A stretch of 64,000 nt of DNA from Malacoraja senta (taxonomy: Eukaryota): the NCBI GenBank assembly GCA_038087875.1, contig CM075998.1:5830001-5894000 (forward strand), given 5' to 3'. Shown here piece after piece: positions 24,526 through 37,500 of this stretch (its first letter is position 1; each line of letters starts with the position of its first letter). The notes below the pieces were generated by a model that ran no database searches, had not been told where the DNA came from, and worked only from the letters and a program-made list of their open reading frames with translations. The position numbers and the translations under genes were made by a program.

Positions 24526-25095
24526 CATAGAGTCATAGAGTGATATAGTGTGGAAACAGGCTCTTCGGCCCAACTTGCCCACACCTGCCAACAATGTCCC
24601 AGCTACACTAGTCCCACCTTCCCACGTTTGGTCCATATCCCTCCAAACCTGTCCTATCATTGCACTTGTCTAACTGTTTCTTAAACGATGGGATAGTCCC
24701 AGCCTCAACTACCTCCTCTGGCAGCTTGTTCTATACACCCACCACCCTCTGTGTGAAAAAGTTACCCCTCGGATTCCTATTAAATCTTTTCACCTTCACC
24801 TTGAACCAATGTCCTCTGGTCCTCGATTCCCCTACTCTGGGCAAGCATCTACCCGATCTATTCCTCTCATGATTTTGTACACCTCTATAAGATCTCCCCC
24901 TCATCCTCCTGCGCTTCACCCAGCCTACTCAACCCCTCCCTATAGCTCACGCCCTCTAGTCCTGGTGACATCCTCATAAATCTTTTCTGAACACTTTCAA
25001 GTTTGACAATATTTGTTCCTATAACATGGCCAGGTGCCCAGAACTGAACATAATATTCTAAATGTGGTCTCACCAACGTCTTATACAACTGCACC
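24526..25095 (-). mobile_element. CR1 LINE 3' fragment
   Basis: [19 protein letters not shown]..., [11 protein letters not shown]; reverse (CTATGACT)n tail. Confidence 0.85.
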
Positions 25096-26114
25096 ATGCA
25101 ACGTATTGAGACTTTAGAGATACAGCGCAGACAAAGAAAAACAACAACAAAACGCTTTAATGAAGATACAGAGGGCAGAATATAGTTCTCAGCATTGTAG
25201 CGCATCAGTTCCAGAGACAAAGTCCAATGTCCGCAATGGTGTAGAGGTGAATCGGACAGTACCCTAGTTTATGGAAGGGCCGTTCAGAAGTCTAATAACA
25301 GAGGGGAAGAAGCTGATCCTGAGGCTAAGGTAGAAGGCTACCTTCTGCTCTATGATCAAAAACCATCCTTTCTGCTGAGCTCTGGACTCCCCTTCCCAAA
25401 TCTCTCCACCTCTTTTGCGTCCTTTGAGACGCTTGTGAAAATCCTCTGACCATTTTTCCGATCACCCGCCCCAATATATAGCTTGGTGTCAGCTTTTTGT
25501 TTGAACGTGTTTCCAAACAGTTTTTGGGATGATTTACAACGCTAAAGGCATTCTATAAACACGAATGGTTACATCAAAGAAACATTGCAATATGACAGTG
25601 ATGTAGTTTGTGTGCATGTACTAAAATTAGTGTGAAGTAAGGCAGATTTCAAAAGACATACTTTAACTTTATGGGTAGCAACGGAGTTTCTACGTTCTCC
25701 CTGTGACTGCGTGGGTTTTCTGCTGGTGCTCTGATTTCATTCCCACACACCAAAGACGTACAGGTTTGTAGGTTAATTGGCTTTGGTAAATTGTAAAATT
25801 ATCCCTAGTGTGTGTAGGTTAATGTGATCGATGGTCAGCGCAGACTCGGTGGGCTGAAGGGCAGTTTCCATGCTGTATCTCTAAAGTCTAAAGTTAGGTT
25901 AGCTTAGGTTAGGTTGGGTCGGGAGGAGTTCCCCTACGCCACAGGTACCATGTAATCCCGTGCTACCTGCTCCATGGTCAAATAGTCGGCGACTAAACCG
26001 TCTCCCCCACCTGGTTTGCCAGGTGAGGAGGGGGCTGTGGACCCCCAGCAAGACCAAAAACAAGACCTGTCAAAGGGCGGATGGGCTTTTACCGAGTCAA
26101 CGGCCATCCACACT

Positions 26115-26314
26115 NNNNNNNNNNNNNNNNNNNNNNNNNNNNNNNNNNNNNNNNNNNNNNNNNNNNNNNNNNNNNNNNNNNNNNNNNNNNNNNNNNNNNN
26201 NNNNNNNNNNNNNNNNNNNNNNNNNNNNNNNNNNNNNNNNNNNNNNNNNNNNNNNNNNNNNNNNNNNNNNNNNNNNNNNNNNNNNNNNNNNNNNNNNNNN
26301 NNNNNNNNNNNNNN
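26115..26314. other. Assembly gap (200 N)
   Basis: Run of exactly 200 n characters; true size unknown. Confidence 1.
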
Positions 26315-26605
26315 GGTCACAGTTTAAGGATAAGGGGGAAGTCTTTTAGGACCGAGATGAGAAAAACATTTTTCACACAGAGAGTGGTGAATCTGTGGAA
26401 TTCTCTGCCACAGAAGGTAGTTGAGGCCAGTTCATTGGCTATATTTAAGAGGGAGTTAGATGTGGCCCTTGTGGCTAAAGAGATCAGGGGGTATGGAGAG
26501 AAGGCAGGTACGGGATACTGAGTTGGATGATCAGCCATGATCATATTGAATGGCTCGAAGGGCTGAATGGCCTACTCCTGCACCTATTTTCTATGTTTCT
26601 ATGTT
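26315..26605 (+). mobile_element. CR1 LINE 3' end, truncated by the gap
   Basis: [32 protein letters not shown]; (CTATGTTT)n tail. Confidence 0.85.
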
Positions 26606-26816
26606 TACATTCATACCAAGCCAATTAACCTACAAACCTGTACGTCTTTGGAGTGAGGGAGGAAACCGAAGATCTCGGAGAAAACCCACGCTTGTCATGG
26701 GGGAAAACGTACAAACTCTGTAAGATAACGCCCGTGGTCAGGATGGAACCTGGGTCTCCGGCGCTGTGAGTGCTGTAAGGCAGCAACTCTACCGCTGCGC
26801 CACCGTGCCGTCTCTC

Positions 26817-27850
26817 GAAGATAGACACAAAATGCTGGAGTAACTCAGCGGGACAGGCAGCATCTCTGAAGAGAAGGATTGGGTGACGTTCGGGTAGAGA
26901 TCCTTCTTCAGACTGGGAGTCAGGGGAGAAGGAGACACAGAGATAAGGAAGGGTAAGGTGTGAAAATAAGACATCAAAGAAGATAAAGGCCAAGGAAAAT
27001 GTAGAATAGATCATTGTTAGCTTGGAGAAGGTGAAAACGAAGAATACAGAGATAACATTTAATCAGGGGGACAGTCAGACTGGTGGGAGAACTGGGAAGG
27101 GGGAGGGATAGAGAGAGAGGGAAAGCAAGGGTTACTTGAAGTTGGAGAAGTCAATGTTCATACCACTGCCCAAGCGAAATATGAGATGCTGTTCCTCCAA
27201 TTTGCACTGGGCCTCACTCTGACAATGGAGGAGGCTCAGGACAGAAAGGTCAGTGTGGGAATGGGAGGGGGAGTTAAAGTGTTTAGCAACCGGGAGATCA
27301 GGTAGGTTAAGGCGGACAAAGCGGAGGTGTTTAGCGAAACGATCGCCGAGCCTGCGCTTGGTCTCGCCGATGTACTGGAGTTGACACCTGGAACAGCGGA
27401 TACAGCAGGTAAGGTTGGAGGAGGTGCAAGTGACCCTCTGCCTCACCTGAAAAGACTGTCAGGGCCCTTGGACGGAGTCGAGGGAGGAGGTATAGGGACA
27501 GGTGTTGCATCTCCTGCGGTTGCAGGGGAAGGTACCTGGGAAGGGGGTGGTTTGGGTGGGAAGGGACGAGTTGACCAGGGAGTTGCGGAGGGAACGGTGT
27601 CTGCGGAAGGCGGAAAGGGGTGGAGATGGAAAGTGGTGGGATCCCGTTGGAGGCGCAGAAATTTCAGAGGGTTATGTATTGTATGCGACGGCTGATGGGG
27701 TGAAAGGTGAGGAATATGGGGACTCTGTCTCTGTTGCGACGGGGGGGCGAATGGAGCAAGGGCGGAACTGCGGGGTACCGAGGAGACACATGTGAGGGGC
27801 CTCATCTATGATGGGAGAGGGGAACCCCCATTCTCTCAAGAATGAGGAAT
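26817..27850 (-). mobile_element. Penelope-like retroelement, 5'-truncated: RT C-terminal linker, GIY-YIG endonuclease and pseudo-LTR (pseudogenised)
   Basis: ORF 27132..27446 ([35 protein letters not shown]...VAKHFN...[13 protein letters not shown]) is a PLE GIY-YIG domain; upstream remnants (FL.EWGFPSPIIDEA, LQRDPTT) are frameshifted. Confidence 0.88.
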
Positions 27851-29281
27851 TATTCATATTCCTTATTCTCTCGTTCAGCGGCGAGCAGACTTATGTATTG
27901 ACCCTACACCCTCACAAAAGGCCTCCAATTTTGGCCTCTTGTACATCCTCAATTTTCTTTTGCTGTGCTTTTAGCTGGAGTCACAAGGAACTGCAGGTGC
28001 TGGGATCTTAAGCAAAACACAAAATGCTGGAGGAATTCAGTGTGTCAGGCAGTATCTGTGCTGGGAAATGGTTTAGTTTAGTTTATTGTCACAGAAACTG
28101 AGGTATAGTGAAAATCTTTGGACAGACGACGTTTCAGGTGAGGACCCTTCTTCAGTTCTGAAGAAAGGTCCAGGCCCGAATCGTCATCTGTCCATTTCCC
28201 TCCACAGATGCTGCATGGCCACTGAGTTCCTCCACGCTTTGTTTTGTGCTCAGGATTGCAGCATCTGCAGTTCCTTGTGTCTCTGTCCTTACAGTTTAGC
28301 TTGGTTTAGAGCAAATTCAGACTAACCACCCCTCACCCCAGGCTCTCAGCGGGTCAGGCAGCATCTGTGGAGGGAACTGGACAGGTAACGTTCCGGGTCG
28401 GGGCCCTTCTTCAGACTGAAGGAGTTCCAATTAGTAACGCCGCATGTCCATTCCCTCCACAGATGCTGCCTAACCCGCTGAGCTCATGCAGCACTTTGTG
28501 TTGTGTGCTTTCAGCTGCCTGCACTGAGGATCAGGAATGTCCTCTCCAAACCTCTGCGCCTCTACATGTACAGAAATCTGAAAATATCATTAGATCATAA
28601 GATCTAAGTGATAGGAGCAGAATTGGGCCATTCGGCCCATCAAGTCTACTCTGCCATTCAATCATGGCTGATCTACCTCTCCCTCCTAATCCCATTATCA
28701 ACTCAAACTGCTGGAATCCTCGGCAGGTCAGGCACCATCTGGGGAGAGAGAAACAATTGATGACCTGTGTTTGGCACTAAGCTCTTGGATAATATTTAAG
28801 AGGGAGTTAGATGTGGCCTTTGTGGCTAAAGGGATCAGGGGGTATGGAGAGAAGGCAGGTACGGGATACTGAGTTGGATGATCAGCCATGATCATATTGA
28901 ATGGCGGTGCAGGCTCGAAGGGCCGAATGGTCTACTCCTGCACTTATTTTCTATGTATCTATGTATCTATAATCCTGTGAGACAAGCTGTAGGCCATCTG
29001 CCTGAAATGTAGACTCTGTTCCATTCTCCACAAACCTGTTCAGGGTTTCCAGAATTCCCTGTTTTTATTTTTCGGACCTCTGTGTCCTGCTTTAGCATTT
29101 TCCATAATGCCTGCTCAAAACGTTCATGTCCATAAATTCATCAGTTTATAGGAACAGAATAAGGCCATTTGGCCCATCAAGTCTACTCCACCATTTCCAT
29201 CATGGCTGATCTATCTCTCCCTCTTAACTCCATTCTTCTGCCTTCTCCCCATTACCCCTGACACCCGCACTAATCAAGTTG

Positions 29282-29590
29282 GGCAACACACAGAGGCGCA
29301 GCGGATAGAGCCGCTGCCTCACAGCGCCAGAGACCCGGGTTCGATCTTGACCTCGGGCGCTGTCTGTGTGTGTGGAGTTTGCACGATCTTCATGTGATCG
29401 CATTGGTTTTCTCCGGTTTTCTCCCACACTACAAAGACGTGCAGGTTTGTAGGTTAATTGGCTCCTGTAAATTGTCCCTTAGTGTGTAGGGAGTGGATGA
29501 GAAAGTGGGATAACATTGAACTTGAGTGAATGGGTTGGCGTGGACTCGGTGGGCCGAAGGGCCTGTTGCCGTGCTGTACCTCTAAGCTAA
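29282..29590 (+). mobile_element. HE1-like V-SINE
   Basis: SINE head, V-domain and tail. Confidence 0.8.
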
Positions 29591-29747
29591 ACATATCTCT
29601 TTGACCAAACATTTAGGTATCTGCCTGGTTGCTCAGTGTGCAAGTTATTATTGTTTCAGACCTTAAAGTTAAATCCAGTGTGAGCTATTTTGAGGCAATA
29701 CCATATAGCACTGAAGTTGGTGACTTGTTGGATGCCATTAATGGGAT

Positions 29748-31238
29748 ACAATAGACAATAGACAATAGGTGCAGGAGTAGGCCATTCGGCCCTTCGAGCC
29801 AGCACCTCCATTCAATGTGATCATGGCTGATCATCCCCAATCAGTACCCCGTTCCTGCCTTCTCCCCATATCCCCTGACTCCGCTATCTTTAAGAGCCCT
29901 ATCTAGCTCTCTCTTGAAAGCATCCAGAGAACCCGCCTCCACCGCCCTCTAAGGCAGAGAATTCCACAGACTCACAACTCTCTGTGAGAAAAAGTGTTTC
30001 CTCTGGTCCGTTCTAAATGGCTTACTCCTTATTCTTAAACTGTGGCCCCTGGTTCTGGACTCCCCCAACATCGGGAACATGTTTCCTGCCTCTAGCGTGT
30101 CCAAACCCTTAACAATCTTATATGTTTCAATAAGATATCCTCTCATCCTTCTAAACTCCAGAGTGTACAAGCCCAGCCGCTCCATTCTCTCAGCATACGA
30201 CAGTCCCGCCATCCCGGGAATTAACCTTGTAAACCTACGCTGCACTCCCTCAATAGCAAGAATGTCCTTCTTCAAATTAGGGGACCAAAACTGCACACAA
30301 TACTCCAGGTGTGGTCTCACTAGGGCTCTGTACAACTGCAGAAGGACCTCTTTGCTCCTATACTCCTCCTCTTGTTATAAAGGCCAACATGCCATTTGCT
30401 TTCTTCACTGCCTGCTGTACCTGCATGCTTACTTTCAGTGACTGATGAACAAGGACCCCCAGATCCCGTTGTACTTCCCCTTTTCCCAACTTGATGCCAT
30501 TTAGATAGTAATCTGCCTTCCTGTTTTTGATACCAAAGTGGATAACCTCACATTTATAGATACATAGATACATAGAACTTCACATTATCCACATTAAACG
30601 TCATCTGCCATGCATCTGCCCACTCCCCCAACCTATCCAAGTCACCCTGCATTCTCATAGCATCCTCCTCACAGTTCACACTGCCACCCAGCTTTGTGTC
30701 ATCTGAAAATTTGCTAATGTTACTTTTAATCCCTTCATCTAAATCATTAATATATTTTGTAAATAGCTGCAGTTCCAGCACCGAGCCTTGCGGTACCCCA
30801 CAAGTCACTGCCTGCCATTCTGAAAGGGACCCGTTAATCGCTACTCTTTGTTTCCTGTCTGCCAACCAATTTTCTATCCATGTCAGCACTCTACTCCCAA
30901 TACCGTGTGCCTTAATTTTGCCCACTAATCTCCTATGTGGGACCTTATCAAATGCTTTCTGAAAGTCCAGTTACACTACATCCACTGGCTCTCCCTTGTC
31001 CATTTTCCTAGTTACATCTTTAAAAAATTCCAGAAGATTAGTCAAGCATGAGTTCCCCTTCGTAAATCCATGCTGACTCGGACCGATCCTGTTACTGCTA
31101 TCCAAATGTGCCGCTATTTCATCTTTTATAATTGACTCCAGCATCTTCCCCACCACCGATGTCAGGCTAACTGGTCTATAATTATCCGTTTTCTCTCTCC
31201 CGCCTTTCTTAAAAAGTGGGATAACAATAGCTACCCTC
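29748..31238 (-). mobile_element. CR1 LINE, 5'-truncated, about 1.5 kb, disrupted RT
   Basis: [71 protein letters not shown]; (CTATTGT)n tail. Confidence 0.92.
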
Positions 31239-31344
31239 AGATACAAGTGAATTCCACCGCTGTTGGATGTAGTGTAGCCTCGGGAAAGGTCAGCATGCTC
31301 ATCGGCAACTCATCTGACGGCGTGTAATTGACCCGGCTTTGCAG

Positions 31345-31538
31345 GTGGATGGACCTTGTGGTCGGCGCTCCGTACTTTTTTGATCGGAAGGAAGAGATTG
31401 GAGGCGCTGTGTATGTCTACATTAACCAGGCCGGCAGGTTGAATCGAGTGAGCTGCATCCGGCTCAATGGGACCAAGGACTCCTTGTTCGGACTGGCTGT
31501 GGCTAACATTGGGGACATCAATCAAGATGGTTTTGGAG
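31345..31538 (+). CDS. itga7: Integrin alpha exon (FG-GAP repeats; [25 protein letters not shown]...GDINQDGFG)
   Basis: Acceptor tttgcag|G, donor G|gtaggt; 194 nt, phase 2 to 1; lies within ORF 31328..31657. Confidence 0.95.
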
Positions 31539-34500
31539 GTAGGTCCGTGCTGTCCACGCGCAAATCATTCATGGGGAAGGGGAACGCGATGGTTCCATGC
31601 TTTCTTTGTTATCACGTGTGCCAAGGTACAGTGAAATATTTTTTTGCATTCAGCTAAGCAAGACAATCCCCAGGTTAGTACACAATGTACAAACAGCCCA
31701 CTGAGTCTATATGCCATCTTGGCACCATTTCCCAGTCACAGCTACAGTTGGCCACAAAGGCGCATTGCAGCCGTCCACTCCATTTTGTTCGTCCTGCGAA
31801 CCGTCGTCCCTCTCCTCGCCCGGCCCTCTCCAGCCCTTGTTCTGGAGTGGGCATCTCCATCAGCCCACCATGATGGCGCGGTTGGTAAGACCACCCCTGG
31901 TTCTTCTTGCCGGCCCTTTGTCCAGCGTCCGCCGCCGTTGTGTAATAAGATTGGACATCATTGATTTGGATGAGAACATACAGGGCAAGATTAGCAAGTT
32001 TGCTGATGATGCAAAAGTGAGTGGTTTTGCAGATAGTGAAGATGGTTGTGAACGATTACTGCAGGATCTGGATCGATTGGCCAGGTGGGCGGAGGAATGG
32101 TTGATGGAATTTAATACAGAGAAGTGTGAGGTGTTGCATTTTGGGACGTCGAACAAGGGCAGGACCTACACAGTGAACGGTAGGCCTCTGGGTAGTGTTG
32201 TAGAGCAGAGGGATCTAGGAGTACAGGTGCATGGTTCCTTGAAGGTCGAGTCGCAGGTAGATCCCGTGGTCAAAAAGGCTTTGGGCACTTTGGCCTTCAT
32301 CAGTCAGAGTATTGAGTATAGAAGTCGGGAGGTCATGTTGCAGTTGTATAAGACGTTGGTGAGACCGCATTTAGAATATTGTGTTCAGTTCTGGGCACCA
32401 TGTTATAGGAAAGATATTATCAAGCTTGAAAGGGTTCAGCAAAAGATTTCGAGGATGTTGCCAGGACTAGAGGGTGTGAGTTATAGGGAGAGGCTGAGTA
32501 GGCTGGGTCTCTATTCCAGGGAGCGCAGGAGGATGAGGAAAGATCTTATGGAGGTGTACAAAATCATGAGAGGAATAGATCGGGTAGATGCAGAGTCTCT
32601 TGCCCAGAGTAGGGGAATCGAAGACCAGAGGACATAGGTTCAAGATGAAGGGGGAAAGATTTAATAGGAATCTGAGGGATAACCTTTTCACACAAAGGGT
32701 GATGGGTGTATGGAAGAAGCTGCCAGAGGAGGTAGTTGAGGCTGGGACTATCCCATCCTTTAATAAAGAGTAAGGTAGGTACATGGATAGGACAGGTTTG
32801 GAGGGATATTGACCAAGCGCAGGTAGGTGGGACTAGTGTAGCTGGGACATGTTGGCCGGTGTGGGCAAGTTGGGCCGAAGGGCCTGTTTCCACACTGTGT
32901 CACTATAACATGCTAGTGTAATTTGCTGAAACATTCAGGAATAGAAATAACCAGTAACGGCCCTGGTGCGGGGTGCTTTGTAACTTTGTCAGTGACCTTT
33001 ATGTGGCGACTATTTGTATACCTCGTGTATAATTCACTGTGACTTGTCACATGTGACAATAAAGTATTCAATTCAATTCAATTCAAATCAATTCAGTAAA
33101 GGTAACTCTAACTAAGGCCCTTCATGACTCATTGTTTAATGGGCAAACAGGAGTAAGCTACCAGCCTGCGATTGCCCACACCCTGAGCTTGTGGCGATAG
33201 CTGTACCAACTTAGGGAGCTAATGGGTGGAAGAATGGAGAGCCAACCCTGGCATCTCTTGCAAGCTGAGCCAACTGTTTGCACGTTGGTGACCTGTCAAG
33301 ATTTGGTGTATATAACGGGACGGTTGATTGAATAGGTATCAGCACAAATATTTTATCCCTGAAATTCCCACGGTTGGGAAAACAGAACTAACATCTTAAA
33401 TTGAGGGGCACTAGCTAGTTCCAATGAGTGTCTGCACTGTCCTGCGTACTGGAGAGAAAGCAAGAGATTTTACCTTATTTTATGGCATTTCCCGTATAGA
33501 GCAGTGTTTAAGCTGGCCCCATTTGCTGGGTCACTTCGTGAGAAAGTGCGCCATCTGGTGTGATGGGGATTGCCAGCTGCTGCAGTAAACTCAGGACCGG
33601 ATCAGGCTGAGCTGTGACTCCAACCGCCCCGCACTCTCTCTGACGGACCCCCTTGCACTCCGACAGCCCTCCTCGCTCTTGCGGAGCGGGGCCCATCGAT
33701 GTCCGCGGTGGGCGAGCCGGGCCTACTGGAGGGCTTGGCCATGCACACGGGGAACACGCCCAACGCTCACTGCTTTCACCATAAGCCAGCAAGGGGATAG
33801 CACACAGCACGCCACGGGGAAGGATCAGTGCAAAAAGTGCAGGACTAAACTTTGCTGGATGCTTTTACTAATTACCAACACAAGAATCTAATTGAGGAAA
33901 TCTGGTGCTGGCATACTGATTAAACACAGGAGGCCATTCAGCCCCCCGCCCCCAGCCTGTTCCACCAGTCATAGAGTCATACAGTGTGGAAAAAAGCCCT
34001 TCGGCCCAACTTGCCCAAACCGGCCAACAATGTCCCATCTACACTAGTCCCACCTGCCCGCGTTTAGTCCATATCTCTCCAAACCTGTCCTATGCATGCA
34101 CCTGTCTAACTGTTTCTTAAACGTTGGGATAGTCCCAGCCTCAACTACCTCCTCCGGCAGCTTGTTCCATACACCCACCACGCTTTGTGTGAAAAGGTTA
34201 CCCCTCAGATTCCTATTAAATCTTTCCCCCCCTTCACCTTAAATCTCTGTCCTCTGGTCCTTGATTCCCCTACTCTGGGCAAGAGACTCTGTGCATCTAC
34301 CCGATCTATTCCTCTCATGATTTTATACACCTCTGCAAGATCACCCCTCATTCTCCTGCGCTCCATGGAATAGAGACCCAGCCTACTCAACCTCTCCCTG
34401 TAGCTCACACCCTCTAGTCCTGGCAACATCCTCGTAAATCTTCTCTCTACTCTTTCCAACTTGACAACATCTTTCCTATAACACGGTGCCCAGAACTGAA

Positions 34501-37500
34501 CACAATACTCCAAATGCGGCCTCACCAGTGTCGTATACAACTGCAATATGACCTCCCAACTTCTAAGCAGAGGTGTTTCTGAACACTCTTGATTGGAAGG
34601 GCTCTGATTTTAAAGTAACGTTCCTTTAGTGCTGGGCTCATAACAGCAGCAAAAATTGTTTCCGAGCTGCAAGCTCCAGAGCAGATTTCTGCTGATTGAT
34701 TCCAGCAGGCCGCAAGTATGTATGTGCCGAGGCTGACAGAATATCTTTCTCTTATTTTATAAGACATTGCTGTTGGGGCCCCGTACGATGAACATGGCAA
34801 GGTCTACATCTACCATGGAAACAAGTTTGGCCTGAACACAATTCCTGCTCAGGTACCCAGCAAAGACGCACACATTGAATTAAAGCAACAGCAGCAACTG
34901 GTGATAATCGATCGCATGCATTGGAATCTATTTCTAATTGAGTCAATTCATTTACCTAATTCATTGACCTTTGCAATTGAGTCTAATTCATAGACATTTG
35001 CAAGTTGTGCTTTGTTTTATAAGATACTGATGCTGGGCGGGATAATGCCGCAGCGGGTAATGCAGTTGCTCCACAGACCCAGCTTGGATCCTGACCACGG
35101 GTGCTGTCATTACGGAGTTTGTACGTTCTCACGCTGACCGCGTGGATTTTCACCGGGTGCTCCGGTTTCCTCCCACATTCTAAAGACGTGCAGGTTTGTA
35201 GGCTAATTGGCCCTGTGTAAATTGATATAGAGTCATAGTCATAGAGTGATACAGAGTAGAAACAGGCCCTTCGTCCCAACTTGCCCACACCGGCCAACAT
35301 GCCCCAGCTACACTAGTCCCACCTGCCTGCGTTTGGCCCATATCCCTCCAAACCTGTCCTATCCATGTACCTGTCCAACTGTTTCTTAGTGTACCTAACG
35401 TCCCTAGGGTGTAGGATAGAACTAGTGTACAGGTGATCGGTGGTCGGCACGGACCTGATGGGTCAAAGGGCCTGTTTCCACCCTGTATCTCTGAACTCTA
35501 CATTCTAAACTTTTGCCCGAAATGATTAAATAAATGTCTGGCTGCTGTTTCAGAGATTTAAACTTTAGACTTTCGAGATACAATGTGGAAGCAGGCCCTT
35601 CAGCCCACCGAGTCCGCACCGACCAGCGATCACCCCGTACACTGAACCTACACACACTAGGGACAATTTTCACTATTTACCGAAACCAATTAACCTACAA
35701 ACCTGGAACTCCAGCATCTGCAGTTCCTTCTTTAACAACCTACAAACCTGCACGTCTTTGGAGTGTGGGAGGAAACTGGAAAAAACCCACGCAGGTCACG
35801 GGGAGAAGGTGCAAACTCCGTACAGACAGCACCCGTAGTCAGGATGGAACCCGGGTCTCTGGCGCTGTGAGGCAGCAACTCTACCGCTGCGCCACCGTGA
35901 CGCCCTAAATTTGTTATATGGACTAAGCCTGCATTTGTTCACAATGTTGGGCCACGTGATGCCTTTGAACAGTGATTCTTGAACCATGCTTCCCTCTCGT
36001 AGATCATTGAAGGAGAAACCGTGGGAGTGACCAAGTTCGGGTACTCCATTGACGGAGGAGTAGACATTGATGATAATTTTTACCCAGATATGGTGGTCGG
36101 GTCACTCTCTGATTCTGCAGTTCTGTTCAGGTGAGACATCACGGAGAACTCCTTGCCACATAGGGTGCTCAAGGGTCGGGGGAGATTGCAGATGGTGAAA
36201 ACTTTGCAAGGCTGCGGGGAAATCATTGGGTGTTGGATCTAGTGAAGACAGACCCAAAAAGCTGGAGTAACTCAGCGGGACAGGCAGCATCTCTGGAGAG
36301 AAGGAATGGGTGATGTTTCTGGTCGAGACCCTGCTTCAGACTTGAATCTAAAGAAGGGTCTCCACCCAAAATGTCACCCATTCCTTCTCTCCAGAGAAGA
36401 GCAGCCAACATAATCAAAGGAACAGCTTCTTCTCTTCATTTATATGGTTTCTGAACGGTCCTTCCATAAGTGAAGGTATTGTCCCGATTCACCCTCTACC
36501 ACATTGCGGACATTAGACTTTGTCTATGGAACTGATGCGCTACAATGTTGACAACTATTTGATGCACCTGATAACTTTGCTTGAATTATTGCATGCAAAA
36601 TAAAGATCTTCACTGCACTTAGGTTTATTATTGTCTTGCCACACGTGACAATAATAAACCTAACCCAACTTCCAACTCCAAGAAGGGAAGTTTGAGAGTG
36701 CGGTCAAGGCTATCTTATCACTCATACGAGGATGTTGCCAGGACTAGAGGGTGTGAGCTATAGGGAGAGGTTGAGTAGGCTGGGTGTCTATTCCATGGAG
36801 CGCAGGAGGATTTGGGGTGATCTTATAGAGGTGTACAAAATCACGAGAGCAATAGATCGGGTAGATGCACAGAGTCTCTTGCCCAGAATAGGGGAATCGA
36901 GGACCAGAGGACATAGGTTTAAGGTGAAGGGGAAAAGATTTAACAGGAATCTGAGGGGTAACTTTTTCACACAAAGGGTGGTGGGTGTATGGAACGAGCT
37001 GCCAGAGGAGGTAGTTGAGGCTGGGACTATACCAACATTTAAGAAACAGTTAGACAGGTACATGGATAGGGCAGGTTTGGAGGGATATGGACCAAACGCG
37101 GGCAGGTGGGACCAGTGTAGCTGGGACATGTTGGCCGGTGCGGGCAAGTTGGGCCGAAGGGCCTGTTGCCACGCTGTACCACTCCATGACTCTATGACTA
37201 TTCCACTATTTCGGGGGGAAGAAGATTAGACTTTATTGCCTTTCATCACAGTGAGGAATGTGGGGAACCGCAGTGGTGGATGTTTATGTTAACTTTTATG
37301 TAGTTGTGTGTCTTGTTGCTTTTTTTAATATGGCTGCATGGTAAATCGAGTTTCACTGTACCTTCATTGGTACACGTGACAATAAAACACCTTTGAATTC
37401 TGAATCTTCTGTCTCTTGTCCGCAGAGCATGTCCTGTCATTAATGTGACAAACGACATTTACATCAAGCCGCAGCAAATTGATCTGGAGTTAGAGAACTG

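Noticed and set aside
31711..32637. 308-aa ORF as a host gene or active retrotransposon
   Set aside because: Chance fusion of non-coding repeat sequence to a 5'-truncated CR1 fragment lacking the endonuclease and most of the RT.
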